64,000 nucleotides of DNA from Candidatus Calescibacterium sp. (GCA_025057615.1 JANXBF010000001.1:67185-131184), one strand, 5' to 3'; positions 1 through 11,968 are shown, counted from the first letter of the stretch. Numbers and translations: made by a program. Notes: generated by a model not told the origin, from the letters alone.

Positions 1-1
1 C

Positions 2-994
2 ATAGACGAATTAAAAAAATCCAAAATTCTGGTTATAGGTGATATAATACTAGATAGGTGGTTAAAAGGGGTAGTTGATAGGATATCGCCAGAAGCCCCT
101 GTTCCAGTTTTAAGAGTTGAAAAAGAGTGGAATGATTTAGGAGGAGCAGCAAATGTTGCCAAAATATTATCATATTATTCAAAAAATGTAAGCCTTCTGG
201 GAATCATTGGCAAAGACCATTTTTCTACAAGAATAAAAAGATTATTAAAAAGATATAGAATCAATGATTTAACAATAACATATGATAAAACAATAGTAAA
301 AACCAGATTAATAGCAAGTAATAATCAACAAATCGCAAGAGTAGATAGAGAAAAGGAAAATTTTAAAATACCGTCAAAAATAATCAAAGATAAGTTGCTA
401 TCAATACCTAAAAAATTTGATTCAGTTTTTATAATTGATTATAACAAAGGAATTTTCACAAATGAAAATCTGGATTTAATTATGGAATCATTAAATAATA
501 ATCAATTCTGTGTTTCAATTAAGCCTCTAAATTTTGGATGTTTTTCAAAATTTCTGGAAAATCAAAACGTAAATTTATTATCCTTAAATAAGCAAGAATT
601 TCAACAAATAACAAAAAATATGGGATCTGAAAATGATATTTTTTATAACATGTTTGAGTTTATAAAAAAATATAAGATAAATAAATTATTGGTTACAATG
701 GGTAAGGACGGTTTAGTAGTACTAGACAAGAGTAATTTTATAAAAATAGATGGGATAGAGGTAGAAGTTTTTGATGTCACAGGTGCTGGTGATAATGTTA
801 TATCTGTATTTGGAATATTGAATTCAATAGGTTTTGAAACTTTGGAAAGTGGTTTATTAGCAAACATAGCAGGTTCAATTTGTGTTTCAAAACCTGGTAC
901 TATAGCCGTTAAACTCACGGATTTAATTAATTATTTAATGAAAATTCAGAAAGTGAACCAAAAGTTACCTAAATTCATTCTTACAGAAGTATGA
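2..994 (+). CDS. hldA: D-glycero-beta-D-manno-heptose-7-phosphate kinase (RfaE domain I / HldA-like, PfkB carbohydrate kinase family). The 5' end is truncated at the window edge.
   Basis: Frame 2 is open from the window edge. The N-terminus reads KILVIGDIILDRW...PEAPVPVL...GGAANVA, typical of a ribokinase-like HldE kinase domain, and a GAGD motif occurs near the C-terminus. The listed ORF at 395 is only an internal TTG start. Confidence 0.75.
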   Translation: MDELKKSKILVIGDIILDRWLKGVVDRISPEAPVPVLRVEKEWNDLGGAANVAKILSYYSKNVSLLGIIGKDHFSTRIKRLLKRYRINDLTITYDKTIVKTRLIASNNQQIARVDREKENFKIPSKIIKDKLLSIPKKFDSVFIIDYNKGIFTNENLDLIMESLNNNQFCVSIKPLNFGCFSKFLENQNVNLLSLNKQEFQQITKNMGSENDIFYNMFEFIKKYKINKLLVTMGKDGLVVLDKSNFIKIDGIEVEVFDVTGAGDNVISVFGILNSIGFETLESGLLANIAGSICVSKPGTIAVKLTDLINYLMKIQKVNQKLPKFILTEV

Positions 995-1485
995 GACACT
1001 TTGAGAAAAAGATAATACATAGTTGGCAAAGACTTAAGTTAATAATTGATAAATACAAGGAAGTTGGTAAAATCATAGGTTTTACTAATGGTTGTTTCGA
1101 TATAATTCATAAGGGACATGTAACTTATTTATTTCAGAGCAAAGAATACTGTGATATATTAGTAGTTGCAATTAACACTGATGAAAGTATAAAAAGAATT
1201 AAGGGTCCCAAAAAACCGATAAACACACTTGAAGATAGGATGATAGTTATAGCATCAATAGAAGCGGTTGATTTTGTAATTCCATTTGAAGAAGACACTC
1301 CAATATCATTAATTGAATATCTAAAACCGGATGTATATTTCAAGGGTGGAGACTATGATAATAAAACTATTCCAGAACTCAAAATCATAGAGAAGTATAA
1401 AATTATCTATAGAGTTCTTTCTTTTGTTCCTGATTCATCGACAACGAAAATTATTCGGAAAATAATAGAAAAGGGAGGTATATAA
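991..1485 (+). CDS. hldC: D-glycero-beta-D-manno-heptose-1-phosphate adenylyltransferase (RfaE domain II / HldC-like cytidylyltransferase fold)
   Basis: The GFTNGCFDIIHKGHVTYL motif is an HxGH nucleotidyltransferase signature. The ATGA start/stop overlap with the upstream kinase gene indicates translational coupling, so HldE is naturally split into two genes here. Confidence 0.8.
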   Translation: MRHFEKKIIHSWQRLKLIIDKYKEVGKIIGFTNGCFDIIHKGHVTYLFQSKEYCDILVVAINTDESIKRIKGPKKPINTLEDRMIVIASIEAVDFVIPFEEDTPISLIEYLKPDVYFKGGDYDNKTIPELKIIEKYKIIYRVLSFVPDSSTTKIIRKIIEKGGI

Positions 1486-2169
1486 ATGTTTGGTTTATTT
1501 GGCAAAAAGGATCCCAGTTTTGCCGTAGAAAGTCCAATTAAGATGACAGTTATAGAAGCTGATAAATGGATAGATATATATGGAACAATAGAAAACACGA
1601 CAAAAAATACGATAGAACTAAAAGTTCCACTATTATCTCAATACTTATCAAACAATCTTGTTCCAATAATACCTGAAAAAAATGCTGATACGAATTTATT
1701 AGAAAACAAGGATGGAATTGTTAAATTATTCAATTTTGAAACTCAGATAAAAGAAATAGTTTTATCAGAAAGGATAATGGTTATAAGTAAACCACTAAAA
1801 TTCAAAGATAAAAATTTCGGGAAAGCAAAAGAATTGGTTTCAAATTTTGATCTTGAAGTAGAAATAGAAATAGAATACAATGCTTTAGGAGTTCCACATA
1901 CACAAAAAGGTAAAACATATAGAATATTTCATAATGGAATAAGTTTATTTACATCCATTCCAATACCGCAAAAAACAATAATAGAAGTTTCTCTGAAAAT
2001 TCCTTACATTGAATATATAGAAAAGAAGAAAGACAAGTTTACAGTAAGTGTGATAGAAAGCAGACAAATAGAGAAGAAAAAATTTGAAACTGTTCTGAAT
2101 TATGAAAAAATTGATAATGGTCTAAAAAAATATCTATTAGAATACTCACTTTTAAATCAAAAAGTATAA
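1486..2169 (+). CDS. hypothetical protein (227 aa)
   Basis: The ORF abuts hldC. I recognise no conserved motif. It may carry two beta-rich halves, but this is not diagnostic. Confidence 0.4.
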   Translation: MFGLFGKKDPSFAVESPIKMTVIEADKWIDIYGTIENTTKNTIELKVPLLSQYLSNNLVPIIPEKNADTNLLENKDGIVKLFNFETQIKEIVLSERIMVISKPLKFKDKNFGKAKELVSNFDLEVEIEIEYNALGVPHTQKGKTYRIFHNGISLFTSIPIPQKTIIEVSLKIPYIEYIEKKKDKFTVSVIESRQIEKKKFETVLNYEKIDNGLKKYLLEYSLLNQKV

Positions 2170-2196
2170 AAATAAAAATAAGGAGATTTAAAGACC

Positions 2197-3429
2197 ATGA
2201 CTAACAAGGTTGTAATAACAGGAATGGGTGTGATAACTCCAATTGGTAACTCAATTAAAGAATTTTGGGAAAGCCTAGTTGAAGGTAAAAATGGAATAAC
2301 ATACAATGATAGGATAGACACAACCAATTTCCAAGCCAAAATAGCAGGACTGATTAAGAATTTCAATCCTTTGGACTACATAGATAAAAAGCACATAAGA
2401 AAAATGGACAGATTTGTTCAAATTGGATTAGCTTCAGTAGATCAGGCTTTGAAAGATTCTTCAATCAACTTAAATGCTGTTGACCCATTCAGAATTGGAG
2501 TTTTTGTAGGCTCAGGAATAGGAGGTATAGAAACCTTTGAAGAACAAGTAAAGACACTCATAGAAAGAGGAAGTGATAAAGTCTCTCCATACTTTGTCCC
2601 TAAAATGATAGTCAATATTCTATCTGGTTGGATAGGAATAATATATAACATTAGGGGTCCAAATCTAACATATGTCAGTGCATGCTCAAGTTCTTTACAT
2701 GCGATAGGAGAAGCTTATTTATCTGTGAAAAATGGAATAGTAGATATAGCAATAGTTTGTGGTTCAGAAGCTCCAATAGTAAAGTCTGCAATAGCTGGAT
2801 TTGAGAACATGGGTGCTTTATCCAAAAATAATGATCCAAACAGAGCTTCAAGACCATTTGATTTGAATAGGGATGGATTTGTAATAGCTGAAGGAGCTGG
2901 AGCCATAATATTGGAAAGTTTAAAAAATGCTCAAAAAAGAGAGGCAAAAATATACGCAGAAATTGTTGGGTATTCACATACATGCGATGCATATCACATA
3001 ACAGCTCCCGACCCAGAAGCAAAAAGTATAATCCATGCCATATCAAAAACAATAGAAAATTTAGATATACAGGAAATTGATTATATTAATGCTCATGGAA
3101 CATCAACACCGTACAATGACAAAACAGAGACATATGCAATAAAAAGTGTTTTAAAGGATAGAGCTTATAAAATTAATATCAGTTCGACAAAATCAATGAT
3201 AGGACACACATTAGGTGCTGCAGGAGTAATAGAATCAATTACAACTGTTTTAAGTATATACCATCAAATTGTTACACCAACTATAAACTATCATACTCCA
3301 GACCCAGAGTGTGATCTTAATTATACCCCGAATAAATCCATAAGAAGAGAAATAAACATTGCTTTAAAGAATTCATTTGGTTTTGGTGGACATAATGTAG
3401 TAGTTGCATTCAAAAGATTCAATTATTAA
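2197..3429 (+). CDS. fabF: 3-oxoacyl-[ACP] synthase II
   Basis: The catalytic Cys context (YVSACSSSLHAIGEA), the HTCDAYHITAP and INAHGTSTP histidine motifs, and the C-terminal GFGGHN are all present. An AGGAG RBS lies upstream. Confidence 0.9.
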   Translation: MTNKVVITGMGVITPIGNSIKEFWESLVEGKNGITYNDRIDTTNFQAKIAGLIKNFNPLDYIDKKHIRKMDRFVQIGLASVDQALKDSSINLNAVDPFRIGVFVGSGIGGIETFEEQVKTLIERGSDKVSPYFVPKMIVNILSGWIGIIYNIRGPNLTYVSACSSSLHAIGEAYLSVKNGIVDIAIVCGSEAPIVKSAIAGFENMGALSKNNDPNRASRPFDLNRDGFVIAEGAGAIILESLKNAQKREAKIYAEIVGYSHTCDAYHITAPDPEAKSIIHAISKTIENLDIQEIDYINAHGTSTPYNDKTETYAIKSVLKDRAYKINISSTKSMIGHTLGAAGVIESITTVLSIYHQIVTPTINYHTPDPECDLNYTPNKSIRREINIALKNSFGFGGHNVVVAFKRFNY

Positions 3430-3546
3430 CAACATTTTTAATATTATAAAATATTATATAAAAAACTGTATAAAAATCATAAAAAATGGGTATTATTATA
3501 AGTGTAAAAGGTCAAGCTAGAGTAAAAAATAAGGAGGTGAAATGAT

Positions 3547-3855
3547 ATGCCAACTCAAACAGTAAAACTCAGAATGTTAGAAGACAGAGTATTAGTAAAA
3601 CCCATACCACAAGACGAAAAAACAGAAAGTGGTATATATTTACCAGATACTGCTAAAGAAAGACCACAAAAGGGAGAAGTTGTAGAAGTTGGTCCAGGTA
3701 AGTTATTAGAAAATGGTACAAGAGTTGAGCCAACAGTTAAAAAAGGTGATAAAGTACTATTTGGTAAATACGCAGGTACCGAATTGAAAATTAAGGGTGA
3801 GGAATATTTGATATTAAGAGAAAGCGAAGTTTTAGCAATAGTAGAAAGCGAATAA
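3547..3855 (+). CDS. groS: co-chaperonin GroES
   Basis: The product is 102 aa and contains DRVLVKP...[12 protein letters not shown]...GEVVEVGPG. It lies immediately upstream of groEL. Confidence 0.9.
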   Translation: MPTQTVKLRMLEDRVLVKPIPQDEKTESGIYLPDTAKERPQKGEVVEVGPGKLLENGTRVEPTVKKGDKVLFGKYAGTELKIKGEEYLILRESEVLAIVESE

Positions 3856-3871
3856 CAGGAGGTGTTGATTT

Positions 3872-5527
<1,656 letters not shown>

Positions 5528-5552
5528 AACAATTTCAAGATAAGAGTAAATC

Positions 5553-5584
5553 AAAAAGGGGCTTGAAAAAGCCCCTTTTTTTTA
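5553..5584. terminator. bidirectional intrinsic terminator between groEL (+) and the S8 protease gene (-)
   Basis: A GGGGC-TTGAAAAA-GCCCC hairpin is followed by a T8 run on the plus strand and preceded by an A5 run. Confidence 0.7.
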
Positions 5585-5642
5585 ATATTTTTTGGAAATT
5601 TTATCTATTCAATTGGATCTTAACATAAAGATGTGAATTTTT

Positions 5643-6794
5643 TCACACTTTCATTTCTTTTGCCCTTTTGACAGCTTCAACTGGATTAATGAGTCCTGCT
5701 CCCACTGAATTATGGCTCGCTCCCTTAACTGGTGTAGCAGTTTCCATTATTATTTCTTTTACCTGCTTAGGAGAAAGATTTGGATTGGCTTGTAGAATTA
5801 AAGCAGCAACACCAGCAACTATAGGAGTAGCCATTGAAGTTCCTGACAATAACGTATAGTAATCTCCATAATGTATAACGGGCGATTTGTCAATTGTTGA
5901 GTTTGGACTCCTTAGACTGACAACTTCCACACCCGGTGCTGATATATCAGGTTTTTTTGCTTTGTCCACAGGAGTAGGTCCCTTAGAAGTAAAGAAAGCT
6001 GGGGTGTCATCCTCAGTAGAAATAGTATTTTTATCATCATAAGCACCAACAGTAATAGCATGTTGACTTATACCTGGTGTCCCCACAGTCTCAGAAAGAG
6101 GACCACTATTACCAGCAGCAATAACAACCACCAAACCAGCTTTAGTAGCATCCTCAACAGCTTTAGCAAGAATATCATCTTTTTCTTTTATCACAGAATC
6201 AGCACCCAAAGACATTGATAAAACTCTAATATTATATTTATCTTTATTTTCAATAGACCAATATATTGATTTAACTATATTGGACAGACTACCAGAACCC
6301 ATTTTATCTAAAACTTTAATACCGATAAGGTTAGCTTCATATGCTGGTCCTTTATAATTTCCGTTAGCTTTGCTTCCATCACCTCCAACCAGACCTGCAC
6401 AATGAGTTCCATGACCATTGTCATCATAAGCATTTTCAACACCATTTTTATTGTTAACAAAATCAATAAACTCTATCAACCTATTTTTTACATCTGGGTG
6501 TGGATATATCCCTGTATCTATAACAGCAATAGTAATACCCTTACCTGTTATTCCCATTTTCCAAACTTCATCCGTTTTAAGAACATCTTTCACAACATCA
6601 ATTCGGTTTAAATTATGAGGTAATTTATTCTTTTGTGAGGTCAATTCTATAGGTTTATAGTAACTCACTTTATTGGGCAAAAATTTATCCATAGTATTCT
6701 TTTTTTCGGATAAATTATCACTTTTTTTAGACAAAATTTGGTTCACATAGCTTAATTTTTTTAGGCTATCTTTTCCTATGTTTTTGAGGAACAT
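5643..6794 (-). CDS. subtilisin-like serine peptidase (S8 family) with no evident N-terminal signal peptide
   Basis: The D/H/S catalytic triad motifs AVIDTG, HGTHCAGLVGG and GTSMATPIVAGVAALIL are present. The N-terminal approximately 60 aa is hydrophilic. Confidence 0.85.
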   Translation of the reverse strand: MFLKNIGKDSLKKLSYVNQILSKKSDNLSEKKNTMDKFLPNKVSYYKPIELTSQKNKLPHNLNRIDVVKDVLKTDEVWKMGITGKGITIAVIDTGIYPHPDVKNRLIEFIDFVNNKNGVENAYDDNGHGTHCAGLVGGDGSKANGNYKGPAYEANLIGIKVLDKMGSGSLSNIVKSIYWSIENKDKYNIRVLSMSLGADSVIKEKDDILAKAVEDATKAGLVVVIAAGNSGPLSETVGTPGISQHAITVGAYDDKNTISTEDDTPAFFTSKGPTPVDKAKKPDISAPGVEVVSLRSPNSTIDKSPVIHYGDYYTLLSGTSMATPIVAGVAALILQANPNLSPKQVKEIIMETATPVKGASHNSVGAGLINPVEAVKRAKEMKV

Positions 6795-6947
6795 TCATGA
6801 CACCCCCTTTTTATTTCTCTAATTTTCAGTTCATTTAAAAGCAAGAAAAAATCGTAAAAAAATTGTAAAAAAAATATAAAATTACTTTAAAAATGGAAAA
6901 TGAAAAATATAATATAATGTAGAAATACTATCAAAGGGTAAAATAAA

Positions 6948-7751
6948 ATGATAAATAACATAAAACTTGCTAGTTATAACGTTCGTAATTTGTTTGATAA
7001 AGTAGATGATCCTCTAAAAAATGATGGTCCCCCAAAGAAAGAAAGTGAAATGCTTGGAATATCGGAGATACTAAAGAAATCCAATGCTGATATAGTGGCA
7101 TTACAAGAAATTGAAAACAAAGACATACTAAATGATCTCCTGAAAATCGCTTCGTTGGATAAGAAATATAATGTCATAGTAGGAAAATCTGATGATAGAG
7201 GAATAGCAACAGCTTTACTGATAGATAAAAAGTTTAACATAAAAAACTACAGTATAAATGAAAACAACACAAATTTTAAGCGTCCTCCGGTAGAAGCAAT
7301 AGTAGAGCTATCACCAGGTTTTGAGGTTAAAGTATACTCTATTCATCTTAAATCTCAAAGAGGCGGAGTAGAATCAGATATACAAAGACAAAAAGAAGCA
7401 CAAACTTTGGTAGATATGGTAAAAAATTCAAATATTCCAACAATATTGATGGGTGACTTTAACGATTTTCCAAACTCAACAGTTATAAAAACAATAGAAA
7501 GTAATAATTTTAAGGACGTGAGAAAATTAGATAAATTATCAGAAGAAACAAAGTACCCAACACACTTTAGTAAACATGTAAGTACTCTGGACTATATTTT
7601 TGTATCACCAGAATTAGAAGATAAAGTAGTCCAAAATAGCTTTAACATAGTAGGAAATAAGGAGAATCCAATAGCAAGCAAGGTATCTGATCATAGGCTC
7701 ATCGAGGTACAACTTAATCTGGAACAATCAATACGAAAAGCATTAGAATAA
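6948..7751 (+). CDS. endonuclease/exonuclease/phosphatase (EEP) family protein
   Basis: The protein shows the N-terminal LASYNVRNL motif, ADIVALQEI, GDFNDFPNS and a C-terminal SDHRLIEV, the classic EEP catalytic signature. Confidence 0.75.
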   Translation: MINNIKLASYNVRNLFDKVDDPLKNDGPPKKESEMLGISEILKKSNADIVALQEIENKDILNDLLKIASLDKKYNVIVGKSDDRGIATALLIDKKFNIKNYSINENNTNFKRPPVEAIVELSPGFEVKVYSIHLKSQRGGVESDIQRQKEAQTLVDMVKNSNIPTILMGDFNDFPNSTVIKTIESNNFKDVRKLDKLSEETKYPTHFSKHVSTLDYIFVSPELEDKVVQNSFNIVGNKENPIASKVSDHRLIEVQLNLEQSIRKALE

Positions 7752-7767
7752 AAAAGTATACATAAAC

Positions 7768-9543
7768 ATGGTAGTAATCTTCCCCCCACCTATAACAAAT
7801 TTCCTCAACATAATAGAAATCTTAATATACTTCTATAATGAAATAGAAAACATAAATGAAATCAAAGAAACTTTTATAAACAATAAAATTAACTTTATTA
7901 ATTTCTTAGAAGATACCATCAACCAAATAACAGATGATTGGGAATTAATAAAACAAACAATGCCAATAAATACAACTTTCATGAATACAATGCAAAAAAA
8001 TATAAATGAATTGAATAACATATTTGAAAAAATTAGAATAGAAACAGAAAAAATAACCATAGAAAATATAGACAATTCAATAATGGAAAAAATAGTAAAA
8101 AATACAGTATTAATAATTAAGGTTAATAACACAGTAGGAGAAATATTGAAAAACCAAAAATTTGTCTCCACATATCCAATAATAGATAAATTCCTAAAAA
8201 TATTTTGGATGTATATTCAAAATATAAAGAATCTTGAAAATTTTCCAGTAGACTTACTGATAAGATATCTTTTTGGAAGTGTAAGATTAACAGAAAACTT
8301 AGAAAAGCAAATAAAAAACGAGAAAGAAACTTTAGAAAAAATAAAAATAGATAATAAAGGAGAAATAAGAAAAATATTAGAACAACAAGAATACTTAATA
8401 GAAGCACAAAAATATGCACTGGGAGCAGCATATCAACTAATAACAGGGGAAATAAATTTAACAGAAGATCCTGAATTACCTAATAAAATATTTATACAAA
8501 TAAATCAAGCGTCAAACACCTTCTTCATATTGGAAAAAAATAAGAATCAAAAAGTAAATATCACTGAAATAACCAAAAATTATGAAGTTCTTTCTGAAGA
8601 ACAAAAACAATCAATCCTTACTTTTCTAAAAAATACAATATTTAAAATAATAATCAATCCACTATTTATCAATAACAAAATAGAAAAAATAAATGAAATT
8701 GAATACTTATTAACCATTTTAAAAACAACACCAGAAGAATTCTACCAACATTTTCAAAAAATAGAACTTATTGAAAATCTCATAAAAGATTTTAGCCAAC
8801 ATGAAGATAAAAATATTGACTCAGAACCTAGACCAATAAGAGAAATACTTAATGCTCTTTTTCTATTTTTAAACTATAATTTACCATTAACCACGTTCAT
8901 TAACTTACTGATTAATATAAAAAACACATTGAGAATATTCATATTGCTAAACCTATCAAACACCTTTAAAATAGATGAAACTATGCAAAGCATAGAAAAC
9001 TTAATTACATATTCAATAAAATATATAATCAATTTAGAAAATTTTGAGAATGTATATTTAAATTTTCTAAATTTTTACAGCATATTTAAAGAATTATATA
9101 AAGAAGTGGAACAGTTGATCAATCAAAAAATAGTTTGTCCTTCTTGTAAAGCAGAGAATGACTTCTTTAGTCAAAAATGCATAAATTGTAATTTCCCTTT
9201 TCCCACTTCAACAGAAAAATTGTTAATAAATAATTTACAAAATAGTCCTCTGTTAATACAAAATTATGTTTTAGAGTTAATAAACAACCTTTTTATAAAA
9301 AGAGAAAAAGAAAACGCATTATTTCACTTAGAAAACACAATAAAAGAGCTATTAAATCTGGAAAAAAATTTAAAACCAGAAAATCAAGAAATAGAAATCA
9401 TAAGGCATTTAATAATAATAATAGAACGAATAAAAGACAAAATAGAAAATGATAGTAAAGAAACAGAAATATTAGAAGAAATACTTAAATTTTTAGAGTA
9501 TATACAACCTTTGAGACAATTCTTTGAGCTACCAGAAGTATAA
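7768..9543 (+). CDS. hypothetical N/I/K/E-rich protein (591 aa) with an internal CxxC...CxxC zinc ribbon
   Basis: The long ORF has a CPSCKAENDFFSQKCINCNF motif. Its composition is helical or coiled-coil-like and I recognise no catalytic motifs. Confidence 0.5.
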   Translation: MVVIFPPPITNFLNIIEILIYFYNEIENINEIKETFINNKINFINFLEDTINQITDDWELIKQTMPINTTFMNTMQKNINELNNIFEKIRIETEKITIENIDNSIMEKIVKNTVLIIKVNNTVGEILKNQKFVSTYPIIDKFLKIFWMYIQNIKNLENFPVDLLIRYLFGSVRLTENLEKQIKNEKETLEKIKIDNKGEIRKILEQQEYLIEAQKYALGAAYQLITGEINLTEDPELPNKIFIQINQASNTFFILEKNKNQKVNITEITKNYEVLSEEQKQSILTFLKNTIFKIIINPLFINNKIEKINEIEYLLTILKTTPEEFYQHFQKIELIENLIKDFSQHEDKNIDSEPRPIREILNALFLFLNYNLPLTTFINLLINIKNTLRIFILLNLSNTFKIDETMQSIENLITYSIKYIINLENFENVYLNFLNFYSIFKELYKEVEQLINQKIVCPSCKAENDFFSQKCINCNFPFPTSTEKLLINNLQNSPLLIQNYVLELINNLFIKREKENALFHLENTIKELLNLEKNLKPENQEIEIIRHLIIIIERIKDKIENDSKETEILEEILKFLEYIQPLRQFFELPEV

Positions 9544-9582
9544 AGAGGAAAAATCTCTTTAATATCAAAAAAGAATAGAGAA

Positions 9583-9659
9583 GGGCCTCTAGCTCAGGTG
9601 GTTAGAGCGTACCCCTGATAAGGGTAAGGTCTCTGGTTCGAGTCCAGAGAGGCCCACCA
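9583..9659 (+). tRNA. tRNA-Ile (anticodon GAT), CCA encoded
   Basis: A cloverleaf can be drawn by hand: acceptor GGGCCTC/GAGGCCC, D-arm GCTC..GAGC, anticodon stem TACCC/GGGTA with loop CTGATAA, T-arm TCTGG-TTCGAGT-CCAGA, then ACCA. Confidence 0.9.
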
Positions 9660-9661
9660 AA

Positions 9662-10144
9662 TTGATGCAAAATTTATTACATGACCTCCTTTCCACCTCA
9701 CAAGATATAGAAAAAATGATATCAAAAGAAGAAATAGAAGAAAAAACAAACCTCAAACAAATAGAAAACTTAATAGAAAAATTTTCAAAACAGTACATAC
9801 AAATAAAACAAAACATATATAATATACTATATATGAAATTTAAAAATTCAATCATATACTCTAAACAAATTGAAGAGAAACTTATTAATGCAGACAACCT
9901 TTTTTTGGAGTTTATACAAAGTATCCAAACAACAATAACAAATATACAGGAAATACAAAAAACCTTCATACCCCAAAAAGAAAGACTATTAAAAATGCAA
10001 ATAGAAATCCTAAATCAACAAAGAATTAGATTGATAACCATTGTTAATTTAATCATTTCAATAATAACAGATATAGTAGAACTACTCGAGGAGTTCAGTT
10101 ATGAGAGAATTCAAAATTCAGAAAACAATATGGGAAACAGTTAA
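9662..10144 (+). CDS. hypothetical coiled-coil protein (160 aa)
   Basis: The ORF begins 3 nt after the tRNA-Ile. It is Q/I/E/K-rich with heptad-like periodicity. Confidence 0.35.
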   Translation: MMQNLLHDLLSTSQDIEKMISKEEIEEKTNLKQIENLIEKFSKQYIQIKQNIYNILYMKFKNSIIYSKQIEEKLINADNLFLEFIQSIQTTITNIQEIQKTFIPQKERLLKMQIEILNQQRIRLITIVNLIISIITDIVELLEEFSYERIQNSENNMGNS

Positions 10145-10670
10145 CACAACATTTTTTATACTACTCCTTTTATTAGGAATATCTTTTTCAAATAGCATAT
10201 TAACAGCAGAAGGAAGTATAAAGTACATAGGCAAGGGAACCACATATAGCCCACCTTTTATTGTATTATCCTCATCCCAAAGATTCTATGTAACTGAAGA
10301 AGTATATAACAAAATATTATCATCAGAAATAAAAAATAAGCATCTGTATTTCAAAATAGAAGGTAATAAAGTAGTAAGTTTTAATGAACAAATACCACAA
10401 AAATACAACTACACATTTCCTGAAATAATGAAGATAGATAAATTTGAGTTTGATGAATATAGAACACTATATATAATATGGTATTTTAATTTTTCTCCGT
10501 TTGTAGAAATAACTACAAATGAAAAAAATATAAGCATATTCTATACCTCACCAAACTCAATAACCCTCAGAATTCCTAAAAACTATAAAAATGAAAAAGT
10601 AACTTTAAAAGCAGTATATAAAAATCAAAACATTAATCAAATAAAAAAATATTCTATAAAAATAAATTGA
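10101..10670 (+). CDS. hypothetical secreted protein (189 aa)
   Basis: A hydrophobic signal-like segment (FFILLLLLGISFSNSILTAEG) is followed by a Y/N/K-rich, beta-rich region. Confidence 0.4.
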   Translation: MREFKIQKTIWETVNTTFFILLLLLGISFSNSILTAEGSIKYIGKGTTYSPPFIVLSSSQRFYVTEEVYNKILSSEIKNKHLYFKIEGNKVVSFNEQIPQKYNYTFPEIMKIDKFEFDEYRTLYIIWYFNFSPFVEITTNEKNISIFYTSPNSITLRIPKNYKNEKVTLKAVYKNQNINQIKKYSIKIN

Positions 10671-10713
10671 ATAATTTATCTAAATAATCTAATACAACAG
10701 CAGGAGGTCAAAA

Positions 10714-11157
10714 ATGTATAAAGAGGGGGATATGGTAATAAACCTGAATTTGGAAACCATTGATGGTGAAAAAATAGAGATCGGTAAAGGTAAATGGATA
10801 GTTCTATACTTCTATCCTAAAGATAATACTCCAGGTTGTACAACACAAGCCAAAAATTTTTCAAAACTAATGGAAGAATTTAATAAACTCAACGTAGAAG
10901 TAATAGGAATAAGTAAAGACAATGAAGATACACACAAAAAATTTATCCAAAAATATGACTTAAAAATAAAGCTATTGAGTGATAAAGAAAACAAAATAGC
11001 CAAACTTTTTAATGTCGAAGGAAAAACTTTCCTATCCCGAGATACAATACTTATTGATAAAACAGGAAAAATAGTAAAAATATGGAGAAAAGTATCAGCA
11101 TCACAAAATCCATATCAAGTATTAGAATTTATAAAAAACTATGAGAATTCAATATAA
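10714..11157 (+). CDS. bcp: thiol peroxidase, Bcp/PrxQ-type peroxiredoxin
   Basis: The YFYPKDNTPGCTTQA peroxidatic Cys motif is present and a strong GGAGG RBS lies upstream. Confidence 0.85.
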   Translation: MYKEGDMVINLNLETIDGEKIEIGKGKWIVLYFYPKDNTPGCTTQAKNFSKLMEEFNKLNVEVIGISKDNEDTHKKFIQKYDLKIKLLSDKENKIAKLFNVEGKTFLSRDTILIDKTGKIVKIWRKVSASQNPYQVLEFIKNYENSI

Positions 11158-11163
11158 ATAAAA

Positions 11164-11958
11164 GTGGTTCTAAAAAAAATCCTAGGCTCCGTAATAAATA
11201 TATACTATATAACCCTCTTTATAATATTTATCTTAGTCCCCAAAAATCAAAAAAAATATATTTTTTTAATAATTCTTATTTTCTATTTCTTCTCCACAGA
11301 CATAGGTAGTAACTCAGCAATAGCATTTATAGAGAAAGACTACCTACATCTTTATTTTCTTTACTACTCAACAATAAATAATCCTGAAAACGTAATAGAT
11401 CTATATAAAAATGCAAACAAAATAATAGTGTTAGGAGGGGGAATAAAAAATAACCGAGAATTGTCAGGGGAAAGCTTAGCAAGAACATTAACCGCTATAA
11501 TTATACACACTAACCTAAGAAAATATTACAATATAACTCCAGAAATAATAATTTTAGGAGGAAATCTATATAACAATAACCCATCTTCAAAATATATGAA
11601 AATGCTAATAGAAAACATAGAACCTGCAAAAATAATAGCAGAAACTAACTCTCTAGACACTCATCAAAATGTAAAAAATCTCAAAAAACTATTGACCCCG
11701 TCAGATAAAATTATAGTCATAACATCTGCTTTCCACATGAAAAGAACCAAAATATCATTTTATAATAATTTCCCAAAAGAGTTCATAGAGAACAATATAA
11801 CCTTTATACCATGCAATTTCAGATATAAGTTTTATGAAAAAATGAATTTATATACCTTTTTACCAAATCTCGAAAATTTAGAAACCACTAACATAGCACT
11901 TAATGAAACAATAGGAATATTATATTATAATCTCTACTATAAAATAACTGGAAAATAA
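11164..11958 (+). CDS. DUF218 (YdcF/ElyC/SanA-like) domain membrane-anchored protein
   Basis: An N-terminal TM segment is followed by KIIVLGGG...ITSAFHMKRT, the DUF218 core. Confidence 0.6.
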   Translation: MVLKKILGSVINIYYITLFIIFILVPKNQKKYIFLIILIFYFFSTDIGSNSAIAFIEKDYLHLYFLYYSTINNPENVIDLYKNANKIIVLGGGIKNNRELSGESLARTLTAIIIHTNLRKYYNITPEIIILGGNLYNNNPSSKYMKMLIENIEPAKIIAETNSLDTHQNVKNLKKLLTPSDKIIVITSAFHMKRTKISFYNNFPKEFIENNITFIPCNFRYKFYEKMNLYTFLPNLENLETTNIALNETIGILYYNLYYKITGK

Positions 11959-11968
11959 AGAGTTAAAC

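Noticed and set aside
991-994. Possible frameshift splitting a bifunctional HldE into two ORFs
   Set aside because: The ATGA start/stop overlap is a normal translational-coupling junction. Separate HldA-like and HldC-like genes are known in several lineages, and both ORFs are full length.
3430-3546. CIRCE heat-shock operator upstream of groES
   Set aside because: No TTAGCACTC-N9-GAGTGCTAA-like inverted repeat is present. Only AT-rich pseudo-palindromes are seen, which are indistinguishable from background.
9589-9969. 126-aa minus-strand ORF overlapping tRNA-Ile and the start of the 160-aa plus-strand gene
   Set aside because: It runs antisense through a confidently folded tRNA and through a better-supported ORF, and its composition is merely the mirror of AT-rich coding DNA. 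It is spurious.
9583-10700. tRNA-Ile-associated genomic island
   Set aside because: No repeat of the tRNA 3' end, no integrase and no GC or codon-usage shift was visible downstream. It is kept only as a low-interest finding.
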